Source: Nanobdellota archaeon
GTDB lineage: Archaea; Nanobdellota; Nanobdellia; Woesearchaeales; CAZZGN01
Assembly: GCA_051819665.1 (NCBI GenBank)
Contig: JBNJDG010000002.1
Coordinates: 2,439-66,438, forward strand
DNA: 64,000 nt
Reading direction: 5' to 3'
This document shows positions 46,912 through 57,084 of the stretch, piece by piece (the first letter of the stretch is position 1; each line of letters opens with the position of its first letter). Under the pieces are notes generated by a model, which saw only the letters and a list, made by a program, of their open reading frames with translations, searched no databases and was not told where the DNA came from. The position numbers were made by a program, and so were the translations under genes.

Positions 46912-47130
46912 TCATTCTACAGCAAGCCTTATATCCTTCGCTTTGACAGTCTTCCTGCCGGAATGCCTGGCCAGCTTCACAGCCTTCTTACTGACTTCAT
47001 GAGCATAAGAGGTCATGATCTTATTGAGCTCTTCCATCGACTCCTTACTGACCCTTTCCGCACCGGCGTTTTCCAAAACTTTCCCGAAAGCCGCGTACGG
47101 CAAAACATTATCTCTCGCCATCCCCACCAC
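46912..47130 (-). CDS. Archaeal histone (HMf-type histone fold)
   Basis: LPYAAFGKVLENAGAERVSKES..AVKLARHSGRKTVKAKDIRLAV closely parallels HMfB (GAERVS, RHAGRKT). Confidence 0.85.
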   Translation of the reverse strand: MVGMARDNVLPYAAFGKVLENAGAERVSKESMEELNKIMTSYAHEVSKKAVKLARHSGRKTVKAKDIRLAVE

Positions 47131-47267
47131 AGAAAAAAGACTCCTTTAGCCTTTGTGTTAATCTTCATTTAAGGAAAGGGTGTTTATAAAGTTTTCGGTG
47201 ACAATTCAGTAAAAAAGAAGATTTTATCATCACCCGGTTATCAAACTGAAGTTTTCTCTTCCAAAAA

Positions 47268-47275
47268 TTTATAAA
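47268..47275 (+). promoter_or_regulatory. TATA-box-like TTTATAAA about 24 nt upstream of the gltX start
   Basis: Archaeal promoter geometry for a leaderless transcript. Confidence 0.35.
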
Positions 47276-47298
47276 CGAAAGACAAACCCACTACAAGC

Positions 47299-48951
47299 AT
47301 GGCAGAGGCTATAATCAGGAAACATGCACTGGCGAACGCGGTCAAATACAATGGTAAAGCTAATCCGAAGAGCATCATAGGCAAGATAATCGCCGAGAAA
47401 CCAGAAGTCAAGAAGGACATGAGATCCACCATGGAAAAGATAAATTCCATCGTGGAGGATGTCAACAGGATTACCTTGGAAGAGCAGAAGGAAGAGCTCG
47501 AAAATAACCATCCGGAGATGCTCGAGAAGAAGGAGAAGCCGAAGAAGGACCTGAAAGACCTTCCGAATGCTAATGAAAGGCCCGTCGTTATGAGGTTCGA
47601 ACCAAGTCCCTCCGGACCGATGCACATAGGCCATGCTTATCCTGCTGCACTCAATTGCGAATATGCCAAAAGATATAACGGAAAGATGATCCTGAGGATC
47701 TCCGATACCAATCCAGATAATATAGACCCTGATTCCTATGATCTCCTTAAGGAAGACGGCGACTGGCTCTTCGGCGAGTATGATTTCTATATACAATCCG
47801 ACAGGCTGGAGAACTACTACAGATACGCGGAAAAGCTGATGAAGGAAGGGAAAGCCTACATCTGCACATGCGATCCCGAGAAGTTCAGGGAACTGAAGAA
47901 GAACAAGACAGCCTGTCCCTGCAGGCAACTTAACGAAAAAGAGCAGATGGAAAGATGGGAAAAGATGGGCAGCTCATACAAACAAGGAGAGGCAGTGATG
48001 AGATTCAAGACAGATATAGCCCATAAGAACCCTGCTATGAGAGACTTCCCGATAATGAGGATCAATGACTCGCCCCACCCGAGGACAGGGAACAAGTACA
48101 GGGTCTGGCCCCTCATGACCTATTCTGTAGCTGTTGATGATATGGAGATGGAAGTCAGCCATACATTAAGGGGAAAGGATCATATGGACAATGCAAAGAA
48201 GCAGGCTATGATCCACAATGCTTTAGGTTATAAGACACCTGACGCGATCTCTGTCGGAAGGATAAACTTTACCGGCTTTCCTGTCTCATGCTCGAAAGCG
48301 AGAGAGCTTATAGACCAAGGCAAGTATACAGGCTGGGACGATATAAGGCTACCCTTCCTGAGGGCCCTTAGGAAAAGAGGCTTCCTGGCAAGGTCTATAA
48401 TCGATTTCGCCAAAGAGATGGGAGTGACACAGACAGACAAATCAGTCGCAATAGATGAATACTTCAAGACCATAGAATCCCTTAACAGATCCTATCTCGA
48501 TAAGGAAGCAAAGAGGTTCTTCTTCATAAGAGAGCCCAAAGAGATAACCATCGAAGGCGCCCCTGATCAGGAACTCAACCTGAAGCTCCATCCTGATGAT
48601 AAGGAAGGGAAAAGACCTTTCTCTACAGATCAGAAGTTCTACATAGAAGCAGAGGATTACGAGAATCTTAAAGAGAACGAAGTGATAAGGTTAATGAACT
48701 GCCTGAACTTCACCAGAGAGGGAGATAAATTAAAGTTCCACTCGACGGAGCATGAGAAATTCTCAGGCAATACAATAATCCACTGGCTGCCGAAAGATAA
48801 TGCTGAAAAAGCCACTCTCGTGACTACAGAAGGCGAGAAGGAAGGACTTGCAGAGAAAAACATCTCCCAACTTAAGAGAGGAGAGATAGTGCAATTCGAA
48901 AGAGTGGGTTTCTGCCGTTTCGATGGAAAGTTCTATTATGCTCATAAATGA
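47299..48951 (+). CDS. gltX: Glutamyl-tRNA synthetase, archaeal type
   Basis: Class I HIGH motif PSGPMHIGHAYPAAL. Length is 550 aa. The N-terminal extension is typical of archaeal GluRS. Confidence 0.85.
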   Translation: MAEAIIRKHALANAVKYNGKANPKSIIGKIIAEKPEVKKDMRSTMEKINSIVEDVNRITLEEQKEELENNHPEMLEKKEKPKKDLKDLPNANERPVVMRFEPSPSGPMHIGHAYPAALNCEYAKRYNGKMILRISDTNPDNIDPDSYDLLKEDGDWLFGEYDFYIQSDRLENYYRYAEKLMKEGKAYICTCDPEKFRELKKNKTACPCRQLNEKEQMERWEKMGSSYKQGEAVMRFKTDIAHKNPAMRDFPIMRINDSPHPRTGNKYRVWPLMTYSVAVDDMEMEVSHTLRGKDHMDNAKKQAMIHNALGYKTPDAISVGRINFTGFPVSCSKARELIDQGKYTGWDDIRLPFLRALRKRGFLARSIIDFAKEMGVTQTDKSVAIDEYFKTIESLNRSYLDKEAKRFFFIREPKEITIEGAPDQELNLKLHPDDKEGKRPFSTDQKFYIEAEDYENLKENEVIRLMNCLNFTREGDKLKFHSTEHEKFSGNTIIHWLPKDNAEKATLVTTEGEKEGLAEKNISQLKRGEIVQFERVGFCRFDGKFYYAHK

Positions 48952-49574
48952 GCATATCTTTCCTTTAATTTCTTATAGGTCTCTTTCCAGTTCATACAGG
49001 GAACAACATCAATGCCATCCTTCTGCCAGTCTTTCTTACCGAAAAGGAAAACTGTGCCGTCATAATAAGAGAGATGCTCTATCAGGGAAGGGTTATCATC
49101 TATAATCCCTCTGACAAGATGAGAATTCTCTGAAATCAAAAGACCTTTCCACCTATTATGATCATCTTCGTTGTCCTGTCTCATTATCAAAGGTGCTTCA
49201 GGAAGGTTATGCCGGCCAAGGGAATTCTCCGTCCCTTCCCTCACATCTTCAGGTCTTGCCGTAACATAACCCGCTATGCCATATTCGGATTGTATATCAT
49301 CAAGACGGTCTTTAGCTCCCTCATTCAAAGGCAATTTCTCCTGATAACCGTTACCATGTACCATATGCTCAAATAACTTTTCCGCTTTCCTGCCCTGAAA
49401 ATATGGTACCTGCTGGAAATAACCATATCTCTTCTCTATATCCCCCACCCCAAGACCCGGAGGTTTGCCAAAATTCGAGACAAGAGTCTTATACCAATGC
49501 AGGGAAGTATTGAAGACAGTGTCATCAAGGTCGATAGCTATCCCAGACCTAAGTTTTTCCGGAAACTGCCCCAT
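48942..49574 (-). CDS. HAD-superfamily 5'(3')-deoxyribonucleotidase-like phosphatase, paralog of 42972..43514
   Basis: IAIDLDDTVF, YVTAR and IIDDNP. The start was chosen at MGQFPEKL. Confidence 0.5.
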   Translation of the reverse strand: MGQFPEKLRSGIAIDLDDTVFNTSLHWYKTLVSNFGKPPGLGVGDIEKRYGYFQQVPYFQGRKAEKLFEHMVHGNGYQEKLPLNEGAKDRLDDIQSEYGIAGYVTARPEDVREGTENSLGRHNLPEAPLIMRQDNEDDHNRWKGLLISENSHLVRGIIDDNPSLIEHLSYYDGTVFLFGKKDWQKDGIDVVPCMNWKETYKKLKERYAHL

Positions 49575-49670
49575 AAAATTAAAGGAATTAGAAGCATTAT
49601 AAAAACTTTCTCCGGATAAAGACAAAATCTTTATAAACAAAGACAATAAAAAAGGACATGAGGTGATAAC

Positions 49671-49841
49671 ATGTCAGAAATGTTGATCATAAAAGCCAAG
49701 GTCAAGGACTTCGCACCCGGTTTCAATGTTGCAGGTGATGTAGCGGACGAACTTGACAAGAAAGCTAAAGAGATGATGAAAAAAGCCTGTGAAAGAGCCA
49801 GGGAGAACAACAGGAAAACGGTTATGGCAAAGGATCTCTGA
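49671..49841 (+). CDS. Small (56 aa) basic protein with faint histone-fold C-terminal resemblance
   Basis: MSEMLIIKAKVKDFAPGFNVAGDVADELDKKAKEMMKKACERARENNRKTVMAKDL. GAGGTGA SD 6 nt upstream. Too short for the ORF track. Confidence 0.3.
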   Translation: MSEMLIIKAKVKDFAPGFNVAGDVADELDKKAKEMMKKACERARENNRKTVMAKDL

Positions 49842-49843
49842 TC

Positions 49844-52633
49844 CTATTTCTTGCTGTTCCCTGTATTATCGGATGCCGTGTCTGTAAGGGAAGCTTCTTC
49901 AGGCTCGCCATCATCACCTTTTATTTCCTTTAGATGTTCCTGGAACTCTTTCTGTTTATGCTTGACTTCTTCTTCAATCTCCTCGAAAGCCTCGTTTATG
50001 TCAGTATCTGAAAATCCGGCTTTCTTAAGGTGTTCCTTAATCTCATCAGAACCCTGATCCATCTCCTTGATAACATCTATGATAGTCTTCTCCTTATCAA
50101 GCTCCTGTTTATTCTTCCTCTCTTCTGAGACCACCTTAAGAGCTTTGTTGATCTCCTCCTCCGACATACCTTCCTTCTTGAGCCTCTCTCTTATCTCATC
50201 GTCCTCCTTACCGACACTGGCCATTATATTTATCATATCGGTCATCGAGCTGTGCTTTAACGAATCCTTCTTCTGTTCATTCTGCTGTTGCTGCTGATCC
50301 TCTCCGGACTTCCCCTCTTCTTTCTTCTTTTTCCTGAGCTTGGCAGGGATGAGAGCCTTTGCCTTTTCCTTAATATCCACACTCTTCATCTTCTGAAGCA
50401 CCCTGGAAGTATAAAGCCTAAGATACTCAGAATAATAATGGAGCACAAAAAAGGCACCCACCAATAAACCAATATAGAGAATGTATTTCAGTATCCTGAA
50501 GAGGATCGTCTCTGTAAAAGGGACATGACTTATATCTATATTGATATCCTTCTTTATAGTACTTCCGAACACCCCGATTGAAAGCTTGCCTTTCATGGAC
50601 GAGTTCATCCCTTTCTCGAGATTATTCTTTATTACAAAGCTGACCTCTTCACCAGCAGGTACTTCCTTCCTCATGTGCTCAAGATAAAGCAGGGCCTTCG
50701 CCTTGCCCTCTATAGAGAGTGAAAGCTCAGCAGGCTCATCAAGATTGTTCTTTATGTTTACTTTGGGCTCTTCGTCATGAGTGGTTATATTAAGATCAGA
50801 TGCGTCTATCTCTAAAGAATCAGAGGGATACATATCAACATCCAGCTTTCTTTCCATACGTATATCGCCACAGTCAAAGACAATGTCCTTCTCACCCGAG
50901 AACCTCTCTTCACTACCACTCACATCAACCGTAACTTTCTCTGTATCCCTCTTTATACTAAAGGGTTCAGCTTCAATGCCCTTTATACTACATTTGAAAG
51001 CACCGTTAGAGTCCACCTCTATAGGCAGATCAGCTTTGCCTCCGAACATCGTCACCTTTTCAGGCATGGATAAATTCACATTTGGTTCTACAGAGACTAT
51101 CACAGGAATGAAAGTAAGATTCCTGTCGTTGTGTATCCTTATCTTTCCATAATATCTCCCTGCAGGCGGATCATTGACCTTCACCTGTATCTTCTTCTCT
51201 GAATAAGGACCTATGTCGCTGAACTCGCTTATGTTCACAGGAAGTGAGCCGGTAACATTGAACTCAAGATCCTCCATTGTATAATGGGTCGGGTTCCTTA
51301 TGGTGACATCACTGTCCTTCTCAAGTTTAAGAAGATCATTACTTAGAGCCTGCTCCTGATCATCGTATAAGGAATAGAAAGAAAGCACATCCTTAAGTAC
51401 TGAGGAGAAACCGCCATCCTCGAGTTTCCCGTATATCCATCCCTTCGCATCTGAGACCGCGTTCCCCACAAAGCCAAGCTCCGTATCCTGCAATGCCTTC
51501 ACTACCCTCATAGTCCTTACCAACCTGCCTTTCTCGGAACCGAAACTACCATCGTTATTCTGCTTGAATACAAGGTATCTTGCAATGGACTCCTTATCAT
51601 CTATATAGTCATAATAAAGGGCAGTCATTGCGATGTGATCGTAAGAAGTAAGGAATTCTCCCGTATAGTCATCATCATTAAGCTCCCCGGAAAGATAATC
51701 CCTTGCTTCTCCTTTATGTTCCTCTGTCAGATCAGCTATAGCTCCGAAGACAGTTATGTCATTATCACAGCCTATCCACTTCGTCTCTGACCAGCAGGCA
51801 CCTTCAGGGAGAGTGAAATCGAACTCATCATTAGTTGTCACACGGAAGACCGAAACATTCCTGTTATCCCTTACATCGATCTTTGCCTCATCCTCGCATG
51901 TTATATTGAAAGTATCACCATATCCAGGGCTTATTCCCCTGCTCTCCCCTGAACCATCAAGGGAAAGTTCAATCTTATTCCCCGGAAGGGTTATATTACA
52001 GGAAGCAGATCCGTCTTCCGCCTCTGCATAAATGTTCCAGTCACCCCCTATGAAATTCTGCCTGTTCTCGAGCCAGACCATCCCATCATAGAATATTCTT
52101 TCGGAATCATCAAAGCCTGCACGCGTAAGGTACATCATCACCTTTGCAGTAACTTCAACCTTGCATTCTCCCGAAGGCCAGCACTTCTCAGTATTATCCC
52201 TGTTCCTCGTCAACCAGTCCAGAGCATTATTCATCTCATTCTCATACTTGTCCCCGAACTCGGAAAGGAGCCATAAAGCTCTGGCTGTCTCTACAGGACC
52301 ATCAAATCCGCCATCCCAGCCCTGATCATCAAGTACCATATCGGGTCTGACTATGACCCTGGTGAGATCCATCTCCTTCGAGTCTTCAGAAGCCAGGCTC
52401 AGGGAATTGCATTCATAAGGATCGAAGCTCGTGATCTTACAATCCTTCCATTCATAAGAATCTGTCTCTATCTTCTCCCCGTCGCAATAAACGAAATTCT
52501 CCTCTCCACAGCCAACGAAGTTGATCCTCTTATAAGAAAGGTTATCGTTGCCTATCACATCCACAGCAGTGGCAGAGCCAGCAACCAATACAAATATTAC
52601 CAATACGAAAAAATATCTTATCGAATGCCTCAT
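49844..52633 (-). CDS. Large (929 aa) type I membrane surface protein with signal peptide, big acidic ectodomain, one TM and a repeat-containing cytoplasmic tail
   Basis: Signal peptide FFVLVIFVLVAGSATA. The ectodomain has alpha-alpha-toroid/prenyltransferase-like stretches (PVETARALWLL, ALDWLTRNRDN). The TM is ILYIGLLVGAFFVL. The tail has a poly-Q run and two copies of a roughly 35-aa repeat DEI(R/K)E(R/H)LKK(E/A)G(M/F)S..INKA. Confidence 0.55.
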   Translation of the reverse strand: MRHSIRYFFVLVIFVLVAGSATAVDVIGNDNLSYKRINFVGCGEENFVYCDGEKIETDSYEWKDCKITSFDPYECNSLSLASEDSKEMDLTRVIVRPDMVLDDQGWDGGFDGPVETARALWLLSEFGDKYENEMNNALDWLTRNRDNTEKCWPSGECKVEVTAKVMMYLTRAGFDDSERIFYDGMVWLENRQNFIGGDWNIYAEAEDGSASCNITLPGNKIELSLDGSGESRGISPGYGDTFNITCEDEAKIDVRDNRNVSVFRVTTNDEFDFTLPEGACWSETKWIGCDNDITVFGAIADLTEEHKGEARDYLSGELNDDDYTGEFLTSYDHIAMTALYYDYIDDKESIARYLVFKQNNDGSFGSEKGRLVRTMRVVKALQDTELGFVGNAVSDAKGWIYGKLEDGGFSSVLKDVLSFYSLYDDQEQALSNDLLKLEKDSDVTIRNPTHYTMEDLEFNVTGSLPVNISEFSDIGPYSEKKIQVKVNDPPAGRYYGKIRIHNDRNLTFIPVIVSVEPNVNLSMPEKVTMFGGKADLPIEVDSNGAFKCSIKGIEAEPFSIKRDTEKVTVDVSGSEERFSGEKDIVFDCGDIRMERKLDVDMYPSDSLEIDASDLNITTHDEEPKVNIKNNLDEPAELSLSIEGKAKALLYLEHMRKEVPAGEEVSFVIKNNLEKGMNSSMKGKLSIGVFGSTIKKDINIDISHVPFTETILFRILKYILYIGLLVGAFFVLHYYSEYLRLYTSRVLQKMKSVDIKEKAKALIPAKLRKKKKEEGKSGEDQQQQQNEQKKDSLKHSSMTDMINIMASVGKEDDEIRERLKKEGMSEEEINKALKVVSEERKNKQELDKEKTIIDVIKEMDQGSDEIKEHLKKAGFSDTDINEAFEEIEEEVKHKQKEFQEHLKEIKGDDGEPEEASLTDTASDNTGNSKK

Positions 52634-52671
52634 TAGTTTAATCTCCCTTCCATATTTTTAAAAATATTGTT

Positions 52672-55053
52672 CTACACTTTCCGATGGTACATCTTCCAGA
52701 GCCTATCAGATACGTTCTTGAGCCTGCTGTTAAGTGAAAGGCATCTCCTGACAGAGCGTATCGTCTCTTCAACCTCTTTCTTACCATAACCCTTGTTGAT
52801 GAGAGCATTCTTTATCCTCTTTTCAGGTACCGAATTCTTCAGTGAATTAGCCACTATCCTCCTCATCATAAGGGACTCAACCTCTCCTATGTTATTCGGT
52901 TTCCGGTTTTCAGTGAACTTTGTCTTCTCGAGAGACTCGTCTATGTCTTCCTTCATATCAAGGAGCTTCGAATAAGCCTCTTCCATATTGCCCTCATCAG
53001 TGTTTCCTGAATCCTCCTTGACATCCGCATTTCCTTCTTTCTGTTCAACAGCACTTCCCTTCTCTTTCCTGTGATCATGAGGCTTAAGGTTATGAGAATG
53101 GAAATATAACAGATAATATATGACCAGAGGCATCAGGAAGAGGAGTATGAGAAGCATATAAGATATCTCCTGGAAATCTACCGGAAGGGGCTTTTCAACA
53201 GAGGCATTCTTCTCCTCACCCTCTAACGAAATATTAGAGTCCACAGTATCATTCTCTCCATACCCGGTAGTTCCGGCAGGAGAAGTTTCATTGGAAGTCT
53301 CATTGACAGAAAGATTATCCTCTGAAACATTAGCCTGGTGAGCTTCCGTTTTATTAACCGTTACATTATCTATTCCTTTCTCAACTTCATCTTCCTCCTC
53401 TTCAGGTTCAACAGGCTCCTCCGCAGAGCTGTTGAAAGAGACCGCAAACAGACTGAATCCGGGCACATCTGCCTCATAGCTTTCATTGCTGATGGCTGAA
53501 GTATCGAGTTCCTGCCAGCCCTCATCATAACGATAGAGCCTGACCTGATAAGGCTCTATATCGTGCACATCGAGCCAGTTGGGATCCACTGTGAATCCTG
53601 CAGATATATCATACATCATGGAATCATCAACTTTAATGCCCATATATTGGTAGACTCCCTTATCGAGCCTGAACTTCTCCACCGGTTCATGAGTGAATCT
53701 AGTTATCTCAGCGGAAAGTTCATCGAATTCCTTCCTCGCCTTAAACCCTATCCTATCGAGGGAGAAAGATTCATCCTTAAGATACCACTTTACCCTGTCT
53801 CCCTTATCCTTAGACCCTGTCTGGAGGGTTATCTTATTCGGTCCTTCACTTCCTGAGAGCATCTTATCATCAGAATCACCGAAAGAAGCGCTCTCGATTA
53901 TCTCCCTCTCTACATCTATCACGAACCTCTCTGTTTCCATATTGTCTGCATCATCCACGCAGGACACATAGAACCCATGATCACCATTATCCTTTCCTGA
54001 GACATCGAAAGAATGTTCAAGCCCATCCTCAGAGGCAAGAGAGGTCTTTTCCTCAAAGACTATATCCTCCTCAGAATACCTGCATTCCGATTCCTCACTT
54101 GTCCTTACCCTAACAGTGAAATCCTTTTTCTCAACTGCACTATCAGACAACAGACTTATGGACGGCGGCCCTCTGTCAGGGACTGTCTTAAGCGAATGTT
54201 CTTCACTCCGGTTTGTATTCCCGAATTCATCTTCGCTCTCCACAACAAAATAATAAGTTGTGTTATGCTCCAGGGAAAGCTCCACATCATGTTCCTTAAC
54301 CATCTCAGATGATGACTCTGTATATTGATAACTGCCGGGAGATTCCCCATACATAACCCTGCTGGAGGTGTTCTCATCAGTGACCCAGGAGATCTTAGCC
54401 CAATCCTCGCCAGTGATAGAATTTATCTCATAGAATATCAAAGGAGGGGTCTCATCCACTACTGTTAGATTCACTGTACCGTTTGTTTTTCCGCCCCTTC
54501 CATCTCTAACCTCTATCCTGCACTCATCATGACCTGTCCATCCTGAAGGGTAAGAAGTGTTTAGCTTCCCGGAATAAATTGTACACCCCACCTCACCTTC
54601 GCTAAGGAGAGAATATGAAAAATCAGAGTCATCAACATCCTCTGTCTTATTGACGAGGCTTACCCCCTGCTCGAAAGGCTCTCCCTCTACTGTGTTAAGA
54701 GATAATCCATAGAAGGAAGGATCATCATTGACTTCCTCAACTGCCAGAGTGAAATTAAAGACATTCCCCCCACAACTCATCCTTACAGGATAGCCCGAAT
54801 CATAATAATCCTCCTCCAGATTGCTTATCCTCAGGTTCCCGGCATCAGTATAATCCAGTGTATAATGTGAAGTTTCATAATCAAAGAGCTCCAAATCATC
54901 ACTGTCACAATCATCCTCAAGGTCATGATAGAATATCTTATCATCAGAATCCTCCTTAACGGTCCTGTTCTGCAGATCACAGTCGCAATCAGCCGAAACC
55001 GCCATAGGCAGTAACAACAGCATAAACAACAGCTCAACCCTCAAGTTTCTCAC
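52672..55053 (-). CDS. Large (793 aa) type I membrane surface protein with FN3-like domain
   Basis: Signal peptide LLFMLLLLPMAVSA. An FN3/purple-acid-phosphatase-N-like region is ISWVTDENTSSRVMYGESPGSYQY..YYFVVESEDEFGN. An acidic linker precedes a TM (MLLILLFLMPLVIYYLL) and a K/E-rich tail. Confidence 0.55.
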   Translation of the reverse strand: MRNLRVELLFMLLLLPMAVSADCDCDLQNRTVKEDSDDKIFYHDLEDDCDSDDLELFDYETSHYTLDYTDAGNLRISNLEEDYYDSGYPVRMSCGGNVFNFTLAVEEVNDDPSFYGLSLNTVEGEPFEQGVSLVNKTEDVDDSDFSYSLLSEGEVGCTIYSGKLNTSYPSGWTGHDECRIEVRDGRGGKTNGTVNLTVVDETPPLIFYEINSITGEDWAKISWVTDENTSSRVMYGESPGSYQYTESSSEMVKEHDVELSLEHNTTYYFVVESEDEFGNTNRSEEHSLKTVPDRGPPSISLLSDSAVEKKDFTVRVRTSEESECRYSEEDIVFEEKTSLASEDGLEHSFDVSGKDNGDHGFYVSCVDDADNMETERFVIDVEREIIESASFGDSDDKMLSGSEGPNKITLQTGSKDKGDRVKWYLKDESFSLDRIGFKARKEFDELSAEITRFTHEPVEKFRLDKGVYQYMGIKVDDSMMYDISAGFTVDPNWLDVHDIEPYQVRLYRYDEGWQELDTSAISNESYEADVPGFSLFAVSFNSSAEEPVEPEEEEDEVEKGIDNVTVNKTEAHQANVSEDNLSVNETSNETSPAGTTGYGENDTVDSNISLEGEEKNASVEKPLPVDFQEISYMLLILLFLMPLVIYYLLYFHSHNLKPHDHRKEKGSAVEQKEGNADVKEDSGNTDEGNMEEAYSKLLDMKEDIDESLEKTKFTENRKPNNIGEVESLMMRRIVANSLKNSVPEKRIKNALINKGYGKKEVEETIRSVRRCLSLNSRLKNVSDRLWKMYHRKV

Positions 55054-55285
55054 CCTTTATGATTATATCCCTGATGCTATAAGAGATCTTCCACCCTGAC
55101 AGAAAATCGATTATCTCGTCCCTGAATTCTGAAGGCACTAAAAGGACCTTCTTGCTGAGAAAATCGATATTATAATAATCAAGTATTCCAGATTTCCCGT
55201 CCCTGCCTTTGAGGGCGTAATAGAACCTAACCTTGTCCTTATCAGCAAGGCCGGAACTGTCATAAACAACGAGCAGCTTTCTCAT
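55034..55285 (-). CDS. Small cytoplasmic protein, hypothetical
   Basis: 83-aa ORF overlapping the start of the 793-aa gene. Confidence 0.3.
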   Translation of the reverse strand: MRKLLVVYDSSGLADKDKVRFYYALKGRDGKSGILDYYNIDFLSKKVLLVPSEFRDEIIDFLSGWKISYSIRDIIIKGEKLEG

Positions 55286-55454
55286 TGTTAAATATCTTAA
55301 CTTAATTAATATATAAATTTTTTTAATGTTACTCTTTTAACAATAAAATATAATATTTCCTTTTTTGTTATATATGTTAACATATCTTTTACCACTAAAG
55401 GATAGAGAAAGATATATAAGGCACCTCCACTCACCACACATCGGGGGGTTTTAG

Positions 55455-55733
55455 ATGAAAGAACTTGTATTCGCACCTATAGCAGCGGTCATATTGCTTG
55501 GTTTCATGGCAAACCTGTCCGAGATTGCCACAAGCACCTCGGAGAAAGCTCTTAACTATGCCAATGAGATGGACAGTGCTGTAGACTGCGCTTTCAGAGG
55601 AGTTAATGTTGAAGAATGCAGTGATATGGATCAAGATTTCGAGAAGGATAAGAAAGAAGCGATAGACTTCAACAAGGAACTTATAGATGAATACGGCGTT
55701 AATGTGACCAATGCGACTAACCAACTCCGATGA
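55455..55733 (+). CDS. Small secreted/TM-anchored acidic protein, hypothetical
   Basis: N-terminal hydrophobic helix. It overlaps the 3' end of the convergent 444-aa gene. Confidence 0.3.
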   Translation: MKELVFAPIAAVILLGFMANLSEIATSTSEKALNYANEMDSAVDCAFRGVNVEECSDMDQDFEKDKKEAIDFNKELIDEYGVNVTNATNQLR

Positions 55734-57051
55734 TGAGATTGTCGTCTTCTCCTTCTGGCTTTTCAGAGTCTACTGTTATCTTGACTGCGCTGGAATTATA
55801 ATAATCCCCCCATTCTGAATCCTTAAACCTGGCCGAACAGATCACCTTATCATCAAGATCAAAGTTATTACTGCCCAAATTCTTCGTTTCTATATCCAGT
55901 TTATCCCAGTTCCCTTCAGATTCATCCTGCAGCCACCATTCATATGAGCTGTCCTGTTTCTCATGATTTTCCACATCATTATAATCAGCCCTGCATTCAA
56001 GAGTATCATCATCAGACGGGACTGAAGGGGAGATGTAGACATCGGATGCCCTGGGCAGATCATTCACTGGAGTGACATTAAGCACAATAGTACTGCTAAA
56101 AGAGTTCCCCTCGTCATTCCTGAGATTATCCTTCGCTGAAAATTCAGCTTCAGAGACACCATTCATGTCACTCTCCGGAGTTATATGTGCCGTACTGCCG
56201 CTTATGGATATATCAACAATGCCATCAAGGCTTTCAAGGGAAAAATCAATCTGATCGTCATCTATATCATAGAACAAAGAACCAAGGTCAAGCTGATAAG
56301 TATTATCCTCAGGCCATTCATAATAAGTCTGAGCAGATTCATTGAACACCGTTTTATGGTTATATATGAAGAGAGGGGAAGAATGATTCCAATCGAAAGA
56401 GAAAGGATAAGCCCACTCTCCCTCAGGCCTTGAATAATCATAGGAAGAATGGGCAACCTGATCGAAGACATCTATAGAACAGGCCCATATATCATAATGG
56501 CTCGTATCCTGTGGTCTGAGGGAACCTATGCCCGACCTTGAATCATGCTTCCTATGTGTATAAAAAGGAGATGTGGCAGAGGAATATTCTGTCTCATTGA
56601 TCATCGTGTGATTTATTGTCTCCTCAACGAAATACGGCTCAAACTTTATATCATATTTATCCACATAATCAGTTATATTCCCGTCTATGGTCTCTGAGCC
56701 TGTGTACCAGTCGGAGGCATTCCTGAACCATAAAGCAGTTATCGTAAGTTTCTCGCCAGTATCATGCTCCTCTACCGAGAAAGAGCAGGGCAATGTATGG
56801 TTTGTATACACCTTATCATCTGGCACCGAAACAGAATTCACATCAGGAATCGTATTAAGCATCCATATATACCCTATGTCGACTTCCGTGTTACCTGCCT
56901 GGCCTCTGCCGGTGATCCTCTCACCGATGACTGACCTTACCCCATCAGAATCATCAGCCATGACCGAATCCCCGGCAAACTCCACATCATAACCTGCCGC
57001 CAGAGCAGAAGAAACCAGAATCAAAACCACGAATAAAATCACAGGCCGCAT
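55717..57051 (-). CDS. Secreted acidic protein (444 aa), hypothetical
   Basis: Signal peptide VILFVVLILVSSALAAG. Beta-rich with N-x-[ST] sequons. Confidence 0.5.
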   Translation of the reverse strand: MRPVILFVVLILVSSALAAGYDVEFAGDSVMADDSDGVRSVIGERITGRGQAGNTEVDIGYIWMLNTIPDVNSVSVPDDKVYTNHTLPCSFSVEEHDTGEKLTITALWFRNASDWYTGSETIDGNITDYVDKYDIKFEPYFVEETINHTMINETEYSSATSPFYTHRKHDSRSGIGSLRPQDTSHYDIWACSIDVFDQVAHSSYDYSRPEGEWAYPFSFDWNHSSPLFIYNHKTVFNESAQTYYEWPEDNTYQLDLGSLFYDIDDDQIDFSLESLDGIVDISISGSTAHITPESDMNGVSEAEFSAKDNLRNDEGNSFSSTIVLNVTPVNDLPRASDVYISPSVPSDDDTLECRADYNDVENHEKQDSSYEWWLQDESEGNWDKLDIETKNLGSNNFDLDDKVICSARFKDSEWGDYYNSSAVKITVDSEKPEGEDDNLIIGVG

Positions 57052-57084
57052 ATAAGAGATAAAATAAAAGAATATATTTAAACT

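Noticed and set aside
55034-55285. Possible Cas2-like small protein (beta-alpha pattern LLVVYD..)
   Set aside because: The resemblance is superficial, with no cas genes and no CRISPR array anywhere in the window. It is left as hypothetical.
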